A DNA stretch of 64,000 nucleotides from an uncultured Gemmatimonadales bacterium (GCA_963728915.1 CAVSLV010000004.1:96001-160000), one strand, 5' to 3'; positions 1 to 10,918 are shown, numbered from the stretch's first letter. Notes: a model not told the origin generated them from the sequence alone. Program-made: numbers and translations.

Positions 1-183
1 ATGAAGGGCAGCGCCCACATGTGCATCGTGGATCCTGCGGGGAGCCGGCTGACGGGTGGCGAGAAGTCCCGCCTGTTCGCCTCCCATCCTCCGATTCGGA
101 TCCGGGTGGCGCGGCTTCGGGGAATGGCGTACGCGACGGCCAAGAGCGGCGAACCGGAAGCGCCGGAGGTGACTCCTGGCTAG
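1..183 (+). CDS. C-terminal fragment of an M48-family (HtpX-like) zinc metalloprotease, 5'-truncated by the window edge
   Basis: AHMCIVDP...LFASHPPIRIRVARL resembles the HtpX C-terminal LFxTHPP-R-xx-L motif; stop at 181-183. Confidence 0.65.
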   Translation: MKGSAHMCIVDPAGSRLTGGEKSRLFASHPPIRIRVARLRGMAYATAKSGEPEAPEVTPG

Positions 184-839
184 TGTCTGGGGTCGTCCAG
201 GAAGACCAGATGTTCCCGGCGTGCCACCACGGCACGCAGCGCCTTGAGCACCCGCGGATCGATCACAGTTCCCGCCAGATCGCCCAACCGCTCCACCGCA
301 AGCTCCGGCGACATTTTCTCCTGATAGGCACGTGAAGTCGCCAGCGCGTCGTAGATCTCCACCGTTCCGAGAATGCGGGCGCCCAGAGGGATTTTCTCGC
401 CCTTCAAGCCGTCGGGATAACCCTTGCCGTCCCACCGTTCGTGATGGCTGCGGACGTACTGAATCACCGGGCCGAGGTGGAGGAGCGGAGCGAGGATCTC
501 CGCGCCGATCGTGGTATGGCGCTTGACCTCCTCGAACTCCTGATCGGTGAGCGGGCCCTGCTTGGTAATGATCTCTTCCCGCACCCCGATCTTGCCGATG
601 TCGTGCAGCCGGCCGGCGGTGCGCACCGCGTCCACTTCGTCGTCGGAGAGCTTGAGCTCGCCCGCGACCGATGCCGCCATGTCGGCGACCCGGGCGCTGT
701 GTCCGCGGAGATAGGGATCCTTGGCTTCGAGGGCGTTGACCAGGGCTTCCAGGGTCGCAACCGCGACTTGCTGCAGATTGGTGCGCTCGCGTTCGAGTGC
801 GGCGGCGCGTCTCTCCAGGTCTTCGTTGCCGGACATCAT
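180..839 (-). CDS. Stand-alone HD-GYP domain protein (putative cyclic dinucleotide phosphodiesterase)
   Basis: EAKDPYLRGHS, LHDIGK and HHERWDGKGYP motifs. Start moved to ATG 839 because the upstream ORF extension overlaps mqnD. Confidence 0.9.
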   Translation of the reverse strand: MMSGNEDLERRAAALERERTNLQQVAVATLEALVNALEAKDPYLRGHSARVADMAASVAGELKLSDDEVDAVRTAGRLHDIGKIGVREEIITKQGPLTDQEFEEVKRHTTIGAEILAPLLHLGPVIQYVRSHHERWDGKGYPDGLKGEKIPLGARILGTVEIYDALATSRAYQEKMSPELAVERLGDLAGTVIDPRVLKALRAVVARREHLVFLDDPRH

Positions 840-877
840 GGGCGAAAAACTAGCCTCTGACGGGGCCAGGGACCAGA

Positions 878-1717
878 CTAGACGAACTCCACCGGGACCC
901 GATGGGGGATCACCCCTGCCTCGGCCCCGCGGTCCAGGAGAAGCTGCACCGCACGCCGCCCTTGCTCGCCATAGTCGACCGTCCAGTGGTTTACGTACAT
1001 CCCCACGAACTCGTCGGTGTCCTGGTCGGTGAGCCCGCGACTGAACTGTCCGGCATGGGCCAGCGCCGGCTTTCGATGGGCCAGGCCGTATTCGATGCTC
1101 TTTCTCAGATCGACCGCGACCTGGGCGATGACCCGCTCCCCCAGGTCCCGTCGGACCACGTTCCCGCCCAGGGGGAGGGGGAGCCCGGTCTCCCGCTTCC
1201 ACCACGCCCCGAGGTCCTCCCAGAGCTGGAGGCCATCCCTGGAATAGGTGAGCTGGCCTTCGTGAATCAGGAGTCCCACGTCGACCCTTCCCGACGCCAC
1301 CGCCTCGCCGATCTGGTCGAAGGGAGTCACCACCGGCTCGAACCCGGCCTGATACAGCTTGAGCGCGAGAAAGGCCGAGGTCCGAAGGCCCGGCACCGCG
1401 ACGCGGACCCCGGCGAGGGCGCTCCGGGGATCGGCGGGTCTGGGCTCGCGCGCCACCAGCCGGGGACCGTACCCATCGCCCATCGATGCGCCGCTCGAGA
1501 GCAACGCGTAGCGGTCCGCCAGATACGCGTAGGCATGAATGCTGACCGCCGAGATCTCGAGCTCGCCCGCCAGGGCCCGGGCGTTCAGGGTCTCGATGTC
1601 GGCGAGCTCATGCACATAGCGGAGATCACCGGTATCGAGCTTCCCCTCCGCCAGGGCGTAGAACATGAAGGCGTCGTCGGAGTCGGGGCTGTGCGCGACG
1701 TGAATCGTCCGCATCAC
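878..1717 (-). CDS. mqnD: 1,4-dihydroxy-6-naphthoate synthase (futalosine menaquinone pathway)
   Basis: HSPDSDDAFMFYAL, DIETLN, GASMGDGYGP, LLIHEGQLTY, LPLPLG and MYVN motifs. Confidence 0.88.
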   Translation of the reverse strand: MMRTIHVAHSPDSDDAFMFYALAEGKLDTGDLRYVHELADIETLNARALAGELEISAVSIHAYAYLADRYALLSSGASMGDGYGPRLVAREPRPADPRSALAGVRVAVPGLRTSAFLALKLYQAGFEPVVTPFDQIGEAVASGRVDVGLLIHEGQLTYSRDGLQLWEDLGAWWKRETGLPLPLGGNVVRRDLGERVIAQVAVDLRKSIEYGLAHRKPALAHAGQFSRGLTDQDTDEFVGMYVNHWTVDYGEQGRRAVQLLLDRGAEAGVIPHRVPVEFV

Positions 1718-2529
1718 GGGGCCTTGCCGGTCGAGGCCTCGGCCCGGGCCTTGAAATTGTCGAGGACCGGCTTGTGATCCGCGTACTCGGGGCGACCGGA
1801 GCGTAGCTCTGCCTGGTAGTGGGTCAGGAAGTCGCGATAGCTCCGGGTGAGGTCATCCATGCGGTTCTGTCGGTCCGCCGCTTCGCCCCGGATCACGTAC
1901 CCGAACAAGTGCCCGGGCGACTGGGCCAGGATGGTATCGGCGAGGGCGCGAGCTCCGTCGTAGTCAGCGATGGTGAGCCGGACCAGGGCCGCGTGGAACC
2001 GGAGGTCGGCGTTGGCCTCCGGCAGCATGCTGTAGGCGGCAAGGGTCATCGGTGAGAACTGGGCCACCGTCCCTGTGTCACCCGATTCGGCGGCCCGCAT
2101 GACCCGGTCGAAAAGCCGCTCGAACCGTTCCTCGGGACTCATGCTGCTGATGTCGGGGGCTTGACCTGCCACCCCGGAAGCGGCGTCCTGATTGCCCGGA
2201 TTTGCCATTTCCGGCGCCGGGGCGGGTCGCAGGGCCCCGCCTTTCAGAAGAATCACGACGCTCAAGGCCACCACGGCCAGGCCGGCCACGAGCCAGGCAA
2301 TGCGCTCGCGTCCCGCCCTGGCTTCCCCTCCTGCCCCTTTCCCGGCGGCTACTGGAGCGCCGCATTGGTGACAGAATCGAGCGCCGGGGCTCAGGGCGGC
2401 GCCGCACGAGCGGCAGGCTCCCAGATCGGCCGGGGCGCCGCAGTGCGAGCAAAACCGCCCGGTTACTGCGCTACCGCACGCCGCGCAGGTCCTTGGTCCA
2501 GCCGGGACTTCTGAGGGAGGAGTCGTCAT
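1714..2529 (-). CDS. Double zinc-ribbon membrane protein with a C-terminal helical (TPR-like) domain
   Basis: Four CxxC pairs (CAAC, CSHC, CRSC, CHQC), one hydrophobic helix, helical C-terminus. Confidence 0.75.
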   Translation of the reverse strand: MTTPPSEVPAGPRTCAACGSAVTGRFCSHCGAPADLGACRSCGAALSPGARFCHQCGAPVAAGKGAGGEARAGRERIAWLVAGLAVVALSVVILLKGGALRPAPAPEMANPGNQDAASGVAGQAPDISSMSPEERFERLFDRVMRAAESGDTGTVAQFSPMTLAAYSMLPEANADLRFHAALVRLTIADYDGARALADTILAQSPGHLFGYVIRGEAADRQNRMDDLTRSYRDFLTHYQAELRSGRPEYADHKPVLDNFKARAEASTGKAP

Positions 2530-2545
2530 CTTGGGGGAGAGAAAC

Positions 2546-5500
2546 CTAACCAGGCGGTCCTGCCTGGGAGGTTGGACGCCGGACCGCCCGAACCCGGACC
2601 TCGTGTCGTTTCCCGTCGTCTACCAGAGGGATTCCGGGCGCCGGCAGGCTCCGGCCATCCAGGGTCAGTTCGACGGTGCCCGTCGTGGCGCCGTCCTCCT
2701 GGTGGACCTCGATCGCGTACAGACTCTGCCCGAACCGATACTCGATCGTGTACCCAGGCCAGGTGGTGGGTGCGCAGGGCTCGATGAAGAGTGTGGCGCC
2801 ATGCTTTCGCAGTCCGAGGATCCCCTCCAGTCCGACCCGGTACATCCAGCTCGCCGAGCCGGTGTACCAGGTCCATCCACCGCGGCCCTGCTGGTGTTGA
2901 ACCGCATACACGTCGGCGGCGAGGACATAGGGTTCCACTTTGTAGGTCGCGACCTCCTCCGGGGTGCACGCGTGGGTAAGCGGGTTGAGCATCTGGAAGA
3001 GTTCGAAGGCGCGATCGCCGCGTCCCAGGCGGGCAGTCGCGAGCACCGCCCACAGCGCGGCGTGGGTGTACTGGGCCCCGTTCTCTCGCACGCCTGGCAG
3101 ATAGCCTTTGATGTAGCCGGGGTCTTGTCGGGTTTGATCGAACGGCGGGGTAAGGAGCAACAGGAGGCGCGTCTCTTCACGAACCAGGTGCTGTTCCAGG
3201 GAGCGCATCGCCTGGGCCTGACGCTCCGGGGCGCCGGCCCCGGAGAGCACGCTCCAGCTCTGGGCGATCGAGTCGATGCGGCACTCCTCGTTTTCGGCTG
3301 CGCCCAGCGGTGTTCCGTCGTCGAAATACGCCCGGCGATACCACGCGCCATCCCACCCGTGCTCCTCGACCGCGGCGGCGTAGCGGTCGGCCTGTTGGCG
3401 CCACTCGACCGCGTGGGCGGTATCGCCGCGCGCCTGGCCGCACTCCGCGAAGTCTCGCAGTGCGGTGATGAGGAACCAGGCCAGCCAGACACTCTCGCCC
3501 CGCCCCTCCGCGCCGACCCGATTCATGCCGTCATTCCAGTCCCCACTGCCGATCAGGGGCAACCCGTGCGCTCCGGCCGTGCAGGCGCGTCGCAGCGCGC
3601 GGACGCAATGTTCATACAGAGTCGCCGACTCCGTGGAGACCTGTGGCAGGTCGTACAGCTCGGACTCGCCCGGCTCGAGCGCGCGCATGGTGAGGAACGG
3701 AACCGCCTCATCGAGCAGGGACGCATCGCCGACGGTGCGGACGTAGTGGGCCACGACGTAGGGGAGCCAGGCGAGATCGTCCGAGCACCGGGTGCGCAAG
3801 CCGCGCCCGCTCGACGGGTGCCACCAGTGCTGGACGTCGCCCTCGACGAACTGCCGGGCGGCGGCGCGCAGGATATGCTCACGCGCCAGAGCCGGTTCGG
3901 CATAGACCAGCGCCATCACATCCTGGAGCTGGTCCCGAAAGCCGAACGCTCCGCTGCTCTGATAGAGAGCGGAGCGCGCCCAGAGGCGGCAGGCCATCGT
4001 CTGGTACAGGGTCCAGCGGTTGAGCATCGCGTCGAAGCTGGGCTCCGGGGTTCGAACCGTGATGACCGAGAGCCGCCTGGCCCAGCCGGCGACGGACTCC
4101 TGGAGGGCGGCCCGCGCCCGCCCGAGGTCGCGATACTCTGTCACAGCCTCCCGGGCGGCGGCTTCGCTCTTCGCGGCACCGACCAGCATCACGAGTTCTC
4201 GAGTTTCTCCCGGGGAGAGCTCGAGTTGGCACTGGAGCGCCGCGCATGGATCGATGCCCACGCCGGTCGTTCCCGCCAGCGCTCCGCCGGATCCGAGCGC
4301 TGCCGGCGTACTGACGTCGCCATTCCGCCCGAGGAAAGAGCGTCGGCTGGCGGTGTGCCCGGTGACCGGCTCGGAGATCGCGTGGAAGGCCATCCATTCG
4401 GCGAATTGTGGGTCGAAGCTATTCTGGGCGAAGATCGCGCCCTGTTCGCGATCGAAGGTCGTCTGCACCTGGTGCTGGGTGAACTCACGGTGGACGCCCA
4501 GGGTCCACTCCAGGTACGTCGTCAGCGTCAGCCGCCGTGACCGGGTGTCCCGGTTGGTGATCCGGACCACCCCGAGTTTGACCGGCGCGTCTTCCGCCAT
4601 GCCAAGCGTAAGGTGCGTGGCAATCCGATCCCGTTCATGAGCGAACGTCGAGGCGCCCGGCCCGTGGCGGATGGCATAGGGAACCGCTTCGCGGAGTGGC
4701 CCGGGGGTGACACACCACAGTTTTCCGGTTTCCGCGTCCTGCAGGTACACGATCTCGCTCACTGGATCATTCACCGGATCGTTGTGCCAGGGAGTGAGGC
4801 GGTAGAAGTAGCTGTTCCCGGCCCAGGTGAACCCACCCCCTCGCTCAGTGACCACGAACCCGCCGTGCCGGTTGGCAATGACATTGGACCAGGGCGCCGG
4901 CGGCAACCGATCCCCGCACACCCCGATCTCATAGTCGCCATCCGCGGTGAGCGCACCGAAGCCGTTGGCGGGTACCGCCGGTCCCGGGTCAGCCCTCGGC
5001 TCGGACCGCGGGCGCAAGACAGCGGTGAACGGGGCGAGGAGTGCAGGCAGGCGGGTTCCGACATGCCGCAGCACGCTCGCCATGCGCACCCCACTGCGTT
5101 CGGGAGATCGAAACTCGGCCGGAAGCATGTCGTGTTGATTCGCCTCCGGTGATTCCTCCGGTGCCGGCGATGCGGCCAGGAATCGGCCGAGCGAGCCGCG
5201 GTCGCAGGGGATGTACACCCGGGCGGTGGCTCGCAGCATGAGCAATTCCTCGGCGCTCAGCAATTCACGGCGCCGGACAAAGACGCCTCCTGGACGGTCC
5301 ACCGAGCCCGGGTCACTGAGCGAATACACCGCCGCCATGATCCGATCGTTCAGGTCCTGGAGATAACTGGGGGGCTGTGCGTTGAGGATCACCAGATCCA
5401 CCGTCATGCCGCGGCGGCGCCAGTAACGGTGGGCGGCAAGGAGCTGGCGCAGGGTCGGCAGTCCTCCAGCGGACTCGATGCTGATCAGCAGGATTGGCCA

Positions 5501-8500
5501 GTCGCCGGAAACGCCGGTGGCCCAGAGCAGCGGTTGGGAGCCGCGGTTTCCGCGACGCTCTTCCTGCGGCACCCGCAGCGCCGGGTTGCCGTAGAACAGA
5601 TGGCCGGCGAGCTCCTGGAACATGGCGGCGTCGGCCGGCGTAAGACCCAGCTCGCGCAATTCCACGTGGCTCGAGGTCCAGGCGAGATCGAGGGCCCGCT
5701 GCGCCGCGTGGGAATCGTGATATCGATCGGCAAGCTCGAAGGCGCGCTCGCGACTGGTGGCGACGAGGGTCGTAAAAGCCACCGTGGCGGATTGCCGCGG
5801 AGCGAGCCGGATCCGGGTGCGCAGTGCGAAGATGGGATCGAGGACTGCCCCCGTGGTCCCCGACAGCGGGCCATCCGCTTGCAGCGCGGCAGGGTCGCGG
5901 GGGGAACGTCCCCGCCCCAGGAAACGAGCGCGATCGGTTTCACAGGTCACCGGGCCGAGGCGCTCCAGCCCGGTAGCCGCCACGTGCACGCACCAGAGGG
6001 ATTGCTCCCCGGCCGAGCGGGGCCGGCGGGTCGCGGTGATTGCGCTACACCACTCGTGCCATTCGGTCTCGACGAACAGGTTGCCGAACGCCGGGTGCTC
6101 GCGGTCGGCGTCCGGTGGGGCCAGCACGATCTCTCCATAGCTGGTGAGCTCGAGATCGCGGGTCTGGTCGCCGTTGTTGGTCACGGTGACGCGGCGCACT
6201 TCCGCAGAGTCCTCCGGGACCACGGCGATCTCGGTCCGAGTCTCGATGCCGCCGTCGCCCCGATGGAAGGTGACCCGGTCGGTCGCCAGGGAGGCGTGAT
6301 ACCAATCGGCTTTGGCGCACACCGGCTGGTGGGCGGCCGACCAGACCCGGCCCTCCGAGAGGTTCTTGACGTAGCAGAATTGCCCGGTGGCATCACGGCA
6401 CCCGTCGCTGCGCCACCGGGTCACCGCGAGCGATTCGTACCGGCTGTATCCTCCCCCGCAGTGACTGACCATGATCGTGTAGGGCAGCTGCCCCAGCAGC
6501 GCGATGTGGGGTTGGGGCGTGTCCGGTGATTCGAGCAGCCGCACCACCGGCTGATCCGCCTCAGCCACCGGTGGGGTCCGCTCGCTCCTGGTCTCGGGCG
6601 GTTCCCGGAGCAGGACCCGCCGCGGAATCCGTTCGTGCAGGAGCAGCGACGCAGCCCGCACCAGTGGATCGGCATGGAAGCGGCGCTGCCACTGGTTTCC
6701 GCTGAGCAGGTTGGCCAATGCGACGAGGCTCATGCCGATGTGGTGCGCCAGGTACACCCGGACCAGAGCGAACGGCTGACCAGGGAGCGGGCGGGTGTAA
6801 TCGAGGGCGTCCCGGAAGCCATAGGGGCCGAGGGCGCCCAGGCGTTCCAGACTGGTGAGGTTTCCGAACGCCCGCTGCGGCTCCACCAGAGCGGCGAGGG
6901 CCGAAGCGTACGGAGCGATGACCAGCTCGCGATCCAATCCTCGCTTGAGCGCGAGATCGGGTACCCCGAACGCGCGGTACTGATAGGTGTGGTGCCGGTC
7001 GCGCAGGTTGTAGGCACTCTCACTCATGCCCCATGGGACGCCGTGTTCGGCGCCGTACGCCACCTGACGCCGCACCGCACCCGCACAACTTTCCCCGAGC
7101 AGGGTCAGCGGGAAGGACCGCATCACCAGCAGCGGCATCAGGTACTCGAACATGCTCCCGCTCCAGGACACCAGCACCGGCCTGCCGCCGGTGTAGGTCA
7201 AGGTGCGACCGAGCAGGAACCAGTGTTCCAGGGGGACCTCGTTCTTGGCCACCGCGATGAAGCTGGCCAGGCGCGCCTCGGAGGCGAGCAGGTCGTAGTA
7301 CGACTCGTCCAGCGCGTGGGCGGTCTCCTGGAATCCGATCGAGAAGAGCTTCCGCTCCGGATCGAAGAGAAAGCCGAAATCCATCTCCATCGCGAAGGCG
7401 TAGGCGCGCTCGGCGATCGCCCCGAGTCGGGCCGCACTCGGTCGGGCATCGGGCTCGTCCATCATCTCGAGGCACGCCTGCCTGAGCGCGATCAGGTGGC
7501 CGGCGAGGTTGCCGCTGTCCACGGTGGACAGGTAGGCCGGTTCGAGGACGCTGAGGTCCCGCAGGTCATACCAGTTGTAGAAGTGTCCTCGGAAGCGGCG
7601 CATCCGCCCCAGCGACTGGAGGGCCAGCTCGAGCCGGCCGGTCATGTCTTCGAGGGTGATGAGTCCGAGATCCCGGGCGCTGGCGATAGCGAGCAGCTGG
7701 AGGCCGATGTTGGTCGGCGAAGTCCGCATCGCCACCACCGGCTCGGGGTCCTCCTGGAAATTGTCCGGCGCGAGCCAGTTGCTTTCCGCGGTCACGAACT
7801 TCTCGAAGTAGGCCCAATGCAGCTTCGCATAGCGGAGGGCCTGGTCCCGTTGGGTCGGCGTGGGGCCCCGCTCCGGGCGCGCGAGCGGCCCGCCGAGCCG
7901 GTTCGCCAGCACCGGCGAGACCATCCAGATCAGGGGGAGGGGAAGAACGGCGAGCCCGTTCCCACGGGCGGCGAGGAGCGCCAGCACTCCGATGGCTACG
8001 GCCGGGGCCATGGCCGACCAGAGTGCCCGGGTCGAGTTCGCGGTACTCCGCTCGGCCTGGGATGCGGTCCGCCACTGGAGCAATCGGCGCCGGCTCACCA
8101 GTAATCGCCACAGGGTTCGTACAATGGCGTCGGCGGAAATCCAGGCCTGGTGGGGGAGGAAGGCGAGAGCCAGCGCCACCTGCTGTACGCTGGTGCGAGT
8201 CTCCCGGCCCAGCGCCGCATAGTACGCGCGCCAGGACTTGTCGAACGGAGGTCGAACGACCGCGAGCAGGAGCGCCACGATCCACGGCGCGGCCACGGCC
8301 CCCACACCCAGCAGCGTCCACCGAAGCGGTGAGCCGGGGAGGATGGTCCAGCCCGCGACCAGGAACGCGAGCTGGGCCAGTTCCACGGTACTGCGACGGA
8401 GGTTGTCGACAATCTTCCAGCGCGACAGCAGTGACAGCCGGTTGACCTCGGGACCATCCGGTCCGGGAACCCGCGGGGTGAGCCAGGGCAGCAGCTGCCA

Positions 8501-10918
8501 GTCACCCCGGATCCAGCGGTGCTTGCGACGGGTGAACGACAGATAGTGGCTCGGGTAATCGTCATAGACGATCACGTCGGTGGCGAGACCGGCCCGCGCG
8601 TAGCTGCCTTCGATCAGGTCATGGGAGAGCAGGGTATTCTCGGGAAAGCGTCCGTGGGTTGCCCGCTCGAAGGCCGCGACATCGTAGACCCCCTTGCCGG
8701 TGAAGCTGCCCTCGCCGTAGAGATCCTGGTAGACATCCGAGACGGCCGTAGTGTAGGGGTCAACGCCCGGCTGGCCCGAATGGATCGCCGCGAATGCCGA
8801 GCGATTCGCGCTGGGCACCGAGACCCCGACCCGCGGCTGAAGGATTCCGTAGCCCCGCACGACCCGCCCCCTGATCGGGTCGTACACGGCGTGATTGAGC
8901 GGGTGCGCGAGCGCCCCGACCAGGAGCGGGGCGGCGTCCGGGGGAAGCAGGGTGTCCGCGTCGAGCGTGATCACGTAACGCACCTGCCGGATCGCCGCGA
9001 CCTCGCCGACGATGGTGGTGAAAGCGCCCCCCGGCCCCCCCAGGACGAACCGATTGAACTCGGCGAGCTTGCCCCGTTTGCGCTCCCAGCCCATCCAGAC
9101 GCCCTCGCTCGGATTCCAGCGCCTGGAGCGATGGAAGAGGTTGAACGCATCCTGGCTGCCGGCCGCATAACGCGCGTTGAGCGCGGTGACCCCCTCCACC
9201 GCCGCCGCCAGGATCGCCGCATCGCCCTCCCGATGCTCGGTGGGCGAGTCGGTGAAGTCGCTCAGCACCGCGAAGTGCAGGTGCGCTTCCCGGTTCGCCA
9301 GGAATTGAACCTCGAGATTGTCGAGGGCCTCGCGCACTGCGTCGACACTTTCGAATAGCGTCGGAATGACCACGGCGGTGCGGAATTCGGGCGGCACCCC
9401 GTGCTCGTGCAGGTCGAGCTTGGGGAGAGGGCGGGGGGGCAGGAACGCGGTCACCAGCTGGTTCACCATGTTGACCGCGATCTCGGTGGCCGGGATGAGG
9501 GCGAAGAGCAGCAGCACCGGCCACGCCGAGGGCGCAGGCAACCCGCCCAGCCAGAGCACCGCGATCAGGGCGACTGCCGTTGCAAGGACGATTCCTCCCA
9601 CGAACACCACGTTGGGGTGTCGCCGGACCCAGCGGTCAATCGCCTCTCCCAGGGGCGGGCGGTAGCCTGCCGCCTGCTCCAGCTCGATGCGCCCTGTGTC
9701 GATCAGGTAGAACCCGACATGTCCGCGGCGGGGGTCGGTCTGGTGCAGTTCCTCGCGCTGCCCTCTGCGGGCCAGCTCGAGCGCGAGCCGGGCCACCGCG
9801 TCTTCGGAGCGTCCGGTGCGCCGGGCGACCCGCTCGACCACGTGACGGTAGCGATCGCGGGTCGCGAATGTCATGCGGGCATAAAAGCCCGAAGGGTCCT
9901 CGCGGAGGACCGACTCCACCCGGCTCTGGTCCTCGACGAAGCTTCGCCAGTCCATCCGAGCGATCGCGCGGAGGCTGGTGATGCTGTTGGCCATGGCGAC
10001 CTGGGTCAGGGCGAGCCGCTGGGTCGCGCCGGCCGTAGCCGCCTCCGCGCTGAGGGCTTCCTCGGCGATCCAATGCTCGAGCCGCACTACAGCCGGAAGG
10101 GCCCCCCCCTCGATGCGCAGCTGGTGCAGGAAACGGGACACGAAGGTCGGCGTGAGCGACTGGGGCTGCGAGGCGAAGCGGTGGAGGGCGGCGTCGAGAG
10201 CCTCGGGATCGGACTCGGCGGCGCGAACGATTCGGGCTGCCGCCGCGTCCGCTTCTCTGAGTTCGTCCAGCCGTTGCACCGTGCGCAGCGCCATGCGTCG
10301 AACATTCTCGAGGAGACCCAACCGGAGCATCGCGGGAACCGCCCACAGCTCCCCGATCGTCAGGATCGCCACTTTCTGAAACGCCGCGACGAAGGCGCTG
10401 ACCGTTTCGAGGGTGATCCGCCCTTCGCTGTGCGAGATCAGGGTGATCAGGAGCTCGTAGACTCTTGGGTAGCCGGCCAGGGGACCGGCGGCCAGCTCGG
10501 GCAGCTCGCGGTAATAGCCGCGAGGAAGGCTCTCTCGCACCGCGCCGATGTGCTCCTGCACGACATGGTAATTGTCGAGCAGCCAATCCCCGGCGGGACC
10601 GATGTCCTCTCCCCGATCGGCAGCCGTGGTCAGCCGGGCGTGAGCGTCCTCAAGGATGTGGTGAGTTCCGGTGAGGCGGGTGAGCAGCGGGGCGTGGCGC
10701 CGCGCGCGGCGTGCCGGTGCGATGCGTTGCTCGCGGGCCTTGGCCTGGGCCCGGTCTCCCAGGTGTTCGGTGCCGAGCAGTTCCCCGCGGATCGGCCCCG
10801 CGAGCAGCTCCTCACCGGCGCGCGGTCGTTGGGGGATGAAACGGGAGAGGAAGCGCCGGAGACTGCGCAGGGGGTGGAGCGTGAGGACCTCGGGTGGGAG
10901 ACCGGGAGTGGATGGCAA
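2546..10918 (-). CDS. Cyclic beta-1,2-glucan synthase (Cgs/NdvB/ChvB type: GT84 + central glucoamylase-like domain + GH94 phosphorylase)
   Basis: 2790 aa; WLLDNY, GWERKRGKL, TLDADT, LLSHDLIEG, RWIRGDWQ, YDLLASEARL, GAFGFRDQLQD, GDWNDGMNRVG, ENGAQYTH and WYTGSASW motifs. Confidence 0.93.
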   Translation of the reverse strand: MPSTPGLPPEVLTLHPLRSLRRFLSRFIPQRPRAGEELLAGPIRGELLGTEHLGDRAQAKAREQRIAPARRARRHAPLLTRLTGTHHILEDAHARLTTAADRGEDIGPAGDWLLDNYHVVQEHIGAVRESLPRGYYRELPELAAGPLAGYPRVYELLITLISHSEGRITLETVSAFVAAFQKVAILTIGELWAVPAMLRLGLLENVRRMALRTVQRLDELREADAAAARIVRAAESDPEALDAALHRFASQPQSLTPTFVSRFLHQLRIEGGALPAVVRLEHWIAEEALSAEAATAGATQRLALTQVAMANSITSLRAIARMDWRSFVEDQSRVESVLREDPSGFYARMTFATRDRYRHVVERVARRTGRSEDAVARLALELARRGQREELHQTDPRRGHVGFYLIDTGRIELEQAAGYRPPLGEAIDRWVRRHPNVVFVGGIVLATAVALIAVLWLGGLPAPSAWPVLLLFALIPATEIAVNMVNQLVTAFLPPRPLPKLDLHEHGVPPEFRTAVVIPTLFESVDAVREALDNLEVQFLANREAHLHFAVLSDFTDSPTEHREGDAAILAAAVEGVTALNARYAAGSQDAFNLFHRSRRWNPSEGVWMGWERKRGKLAEFNRFVLGGPGGAFTTIVGEVAAIRQVRYVITLDADTLLPPDAAPLLVGALAHPLNHAVYDPIRGRVVRGYGILQPRVGVSVPSANRSAFAAIHSGQPGVDPYTTAVSDVYQDLYGEGSFTGKGVYDVAAFERATHGRFPENTLLSHDLIEGSYARAGLATDVIVYDDYPSHYLSFTRRKHRWIRGDWQLLPWLTPRVPGPDGPEVNRLSLLSRWKIVDNLRRSTVELAQLAFLVAGWTILPGSPLRWTLLGVGAVAAPWIVALLLAVVRPPFDKSWRAYYAALGRETRTSVQQVALALAFLPHQAWISADAIVRTLWRLLVSRRRLLQWRTASQAERSTANSTRALWSAMAPAVAIGVLALLAARGNGLAVLPLPLIWMVSPVLANRLGGPLARPERGPTPTQRDQALRYAKLHWAYFEKFVTAESNWLAPDNFQEDPEPVVAMRTSPTNIGLQLLAIASARDLGLITLEDMTGRLELALQSLGRMRRFRGHFYNWYDLRDLSVLEPAYLSTVDSGNLAGHLIALRQACLEMMDEPDARPSAARLGAIAERAYAFAMEMDFGFLFDPERKLFSIGFQETAHALDESYYDLLASEARLASFIAVAKNEVPLEHWFLLGRTLTYTGGRPVLVSWSGSMFEYLMPLLVMRSFPLTLLGESCAGAVRRQVAYGAEHGVPWGMSESAYNLRDRHHTYQYRAFGVPDLALKRGLDRELVIAPYASALAALVEPQRAFGNLTSLERLGALGPYGFRDALDYTRPLPGQPFALVRVYLAHHIGMSLVALANLLSGNQWQRRFHADPLVRAASLLLHERIPRRVLLREPPETRSERTPPVAEADQPVVRLLESPDTPQPHIALLGQLPYTIMVSHCGGGYSRYESLAVTRWRSDGCRDATGQFCYVKNLSEGRVWSAAHQPVCAKADWYHASLATDRVTFHRGDGGIETRTEIAVVPEDSAEVRRVTVTNNGDQTRDLELTSYGEIVLAPPDADREHPAFGNLFVETEWHEWCSAITATRRPRSAGEQSLWCVHVAATGLERLGPVTCETDRARFLGRGRSPRDPAALQADGPLSGTTGAVLDPIFALRTRIRLAPRQSATVAFTTLVATSRERAFELADRYHDSHAAQRALDLAWTSSHVELRELGLTPADAAMFQELAGHLFYGNPALRVPQEERRGNRGSQPLLWATGVSGDWPILLISIESAGGLPTLRQLLAAHRYWRRRGMTVDLVILNAQPPSYLQDLNDRIMAAVYSLSDPGSVDRPGGVFVRRRELLSAEELLMLRATARVYIPCDRGSLGRFLAASPAPEESPEANQHDMLPAEFRSPERSGVRMASVLRHVGTRLPALLAPFTAVLRPRSEPRADPGPAVPANGFGALTADGDYEIGVCGDRLPPAPWSNVIANRHGGFVVTERGGGFTWAGNSYFYRLTPWHNDPVNDPVSEIVYLQDAETGKLWCVTPGPLREAVPYAIRHGPGASTFAHERDRIATHLTLGMAEDAPVKLGVVRITNRDTRSRRLTLTTYLEWTLGVHREFTQHQVQTTFDREQGAIFAQNSFDPQFAEWMAFHAISEPVTGHTASRRSFLGRNGDVSTPAALGSGGALAGTTGVGIDPCAALQCQLELSPGETRELVMLVGAAKSEAAAREAVTEYRDLGRARAALQESVAGWARRLSVITVRTPEPSFDAMLNRWTLYQTMACRLWARSALYQSSGAFGFRDQLQDVMALVYAEPALAREHILRAAARQFVEGDVQHWWHPSSGRGLRTRCSDDLAWLPYVVAHYVRTVGDASLLDEAVPFLTMRALEPGESELYDLPQVSTESATLYEHCVRALRRACTAGAHGLPLIGSGDWNDGMNRVGAEGRGESVWLAWFLITALRDFAECGQARGDTAHAVEWRQQADRYAAAVEEHGWDGAWYRRAYFDDGTPLGAAENEECRIDSIAQSWSVLSGAGAPERQAQAMRSLEQHLVREETRLLLLLTPPFDQTRQDPGYIKGYLPGVRENGAQYTHAALWAVLATARLGRGDRAFELFQMLNPLTHACTPEEVATYKVEPYVLAADVYAVQHQQGRGGWTWYTGSASWMYRVGLEGILGLRKHGATLFIEPCAPTTWPGYTIEYRFGQSLYAIEVHQEDGATTGTVELTLDGRSLPAPGIPLVDDGKRHEVRVRAVRRPTSQAGPPG

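Noticed and set aside
840..1205. N-terminal extension of the HD-GYP ORF
   Set aside because: Overlaps mqnD in another frame and has low-complexity R/G/P composition; ATG 839 has its own -10-like hexamer
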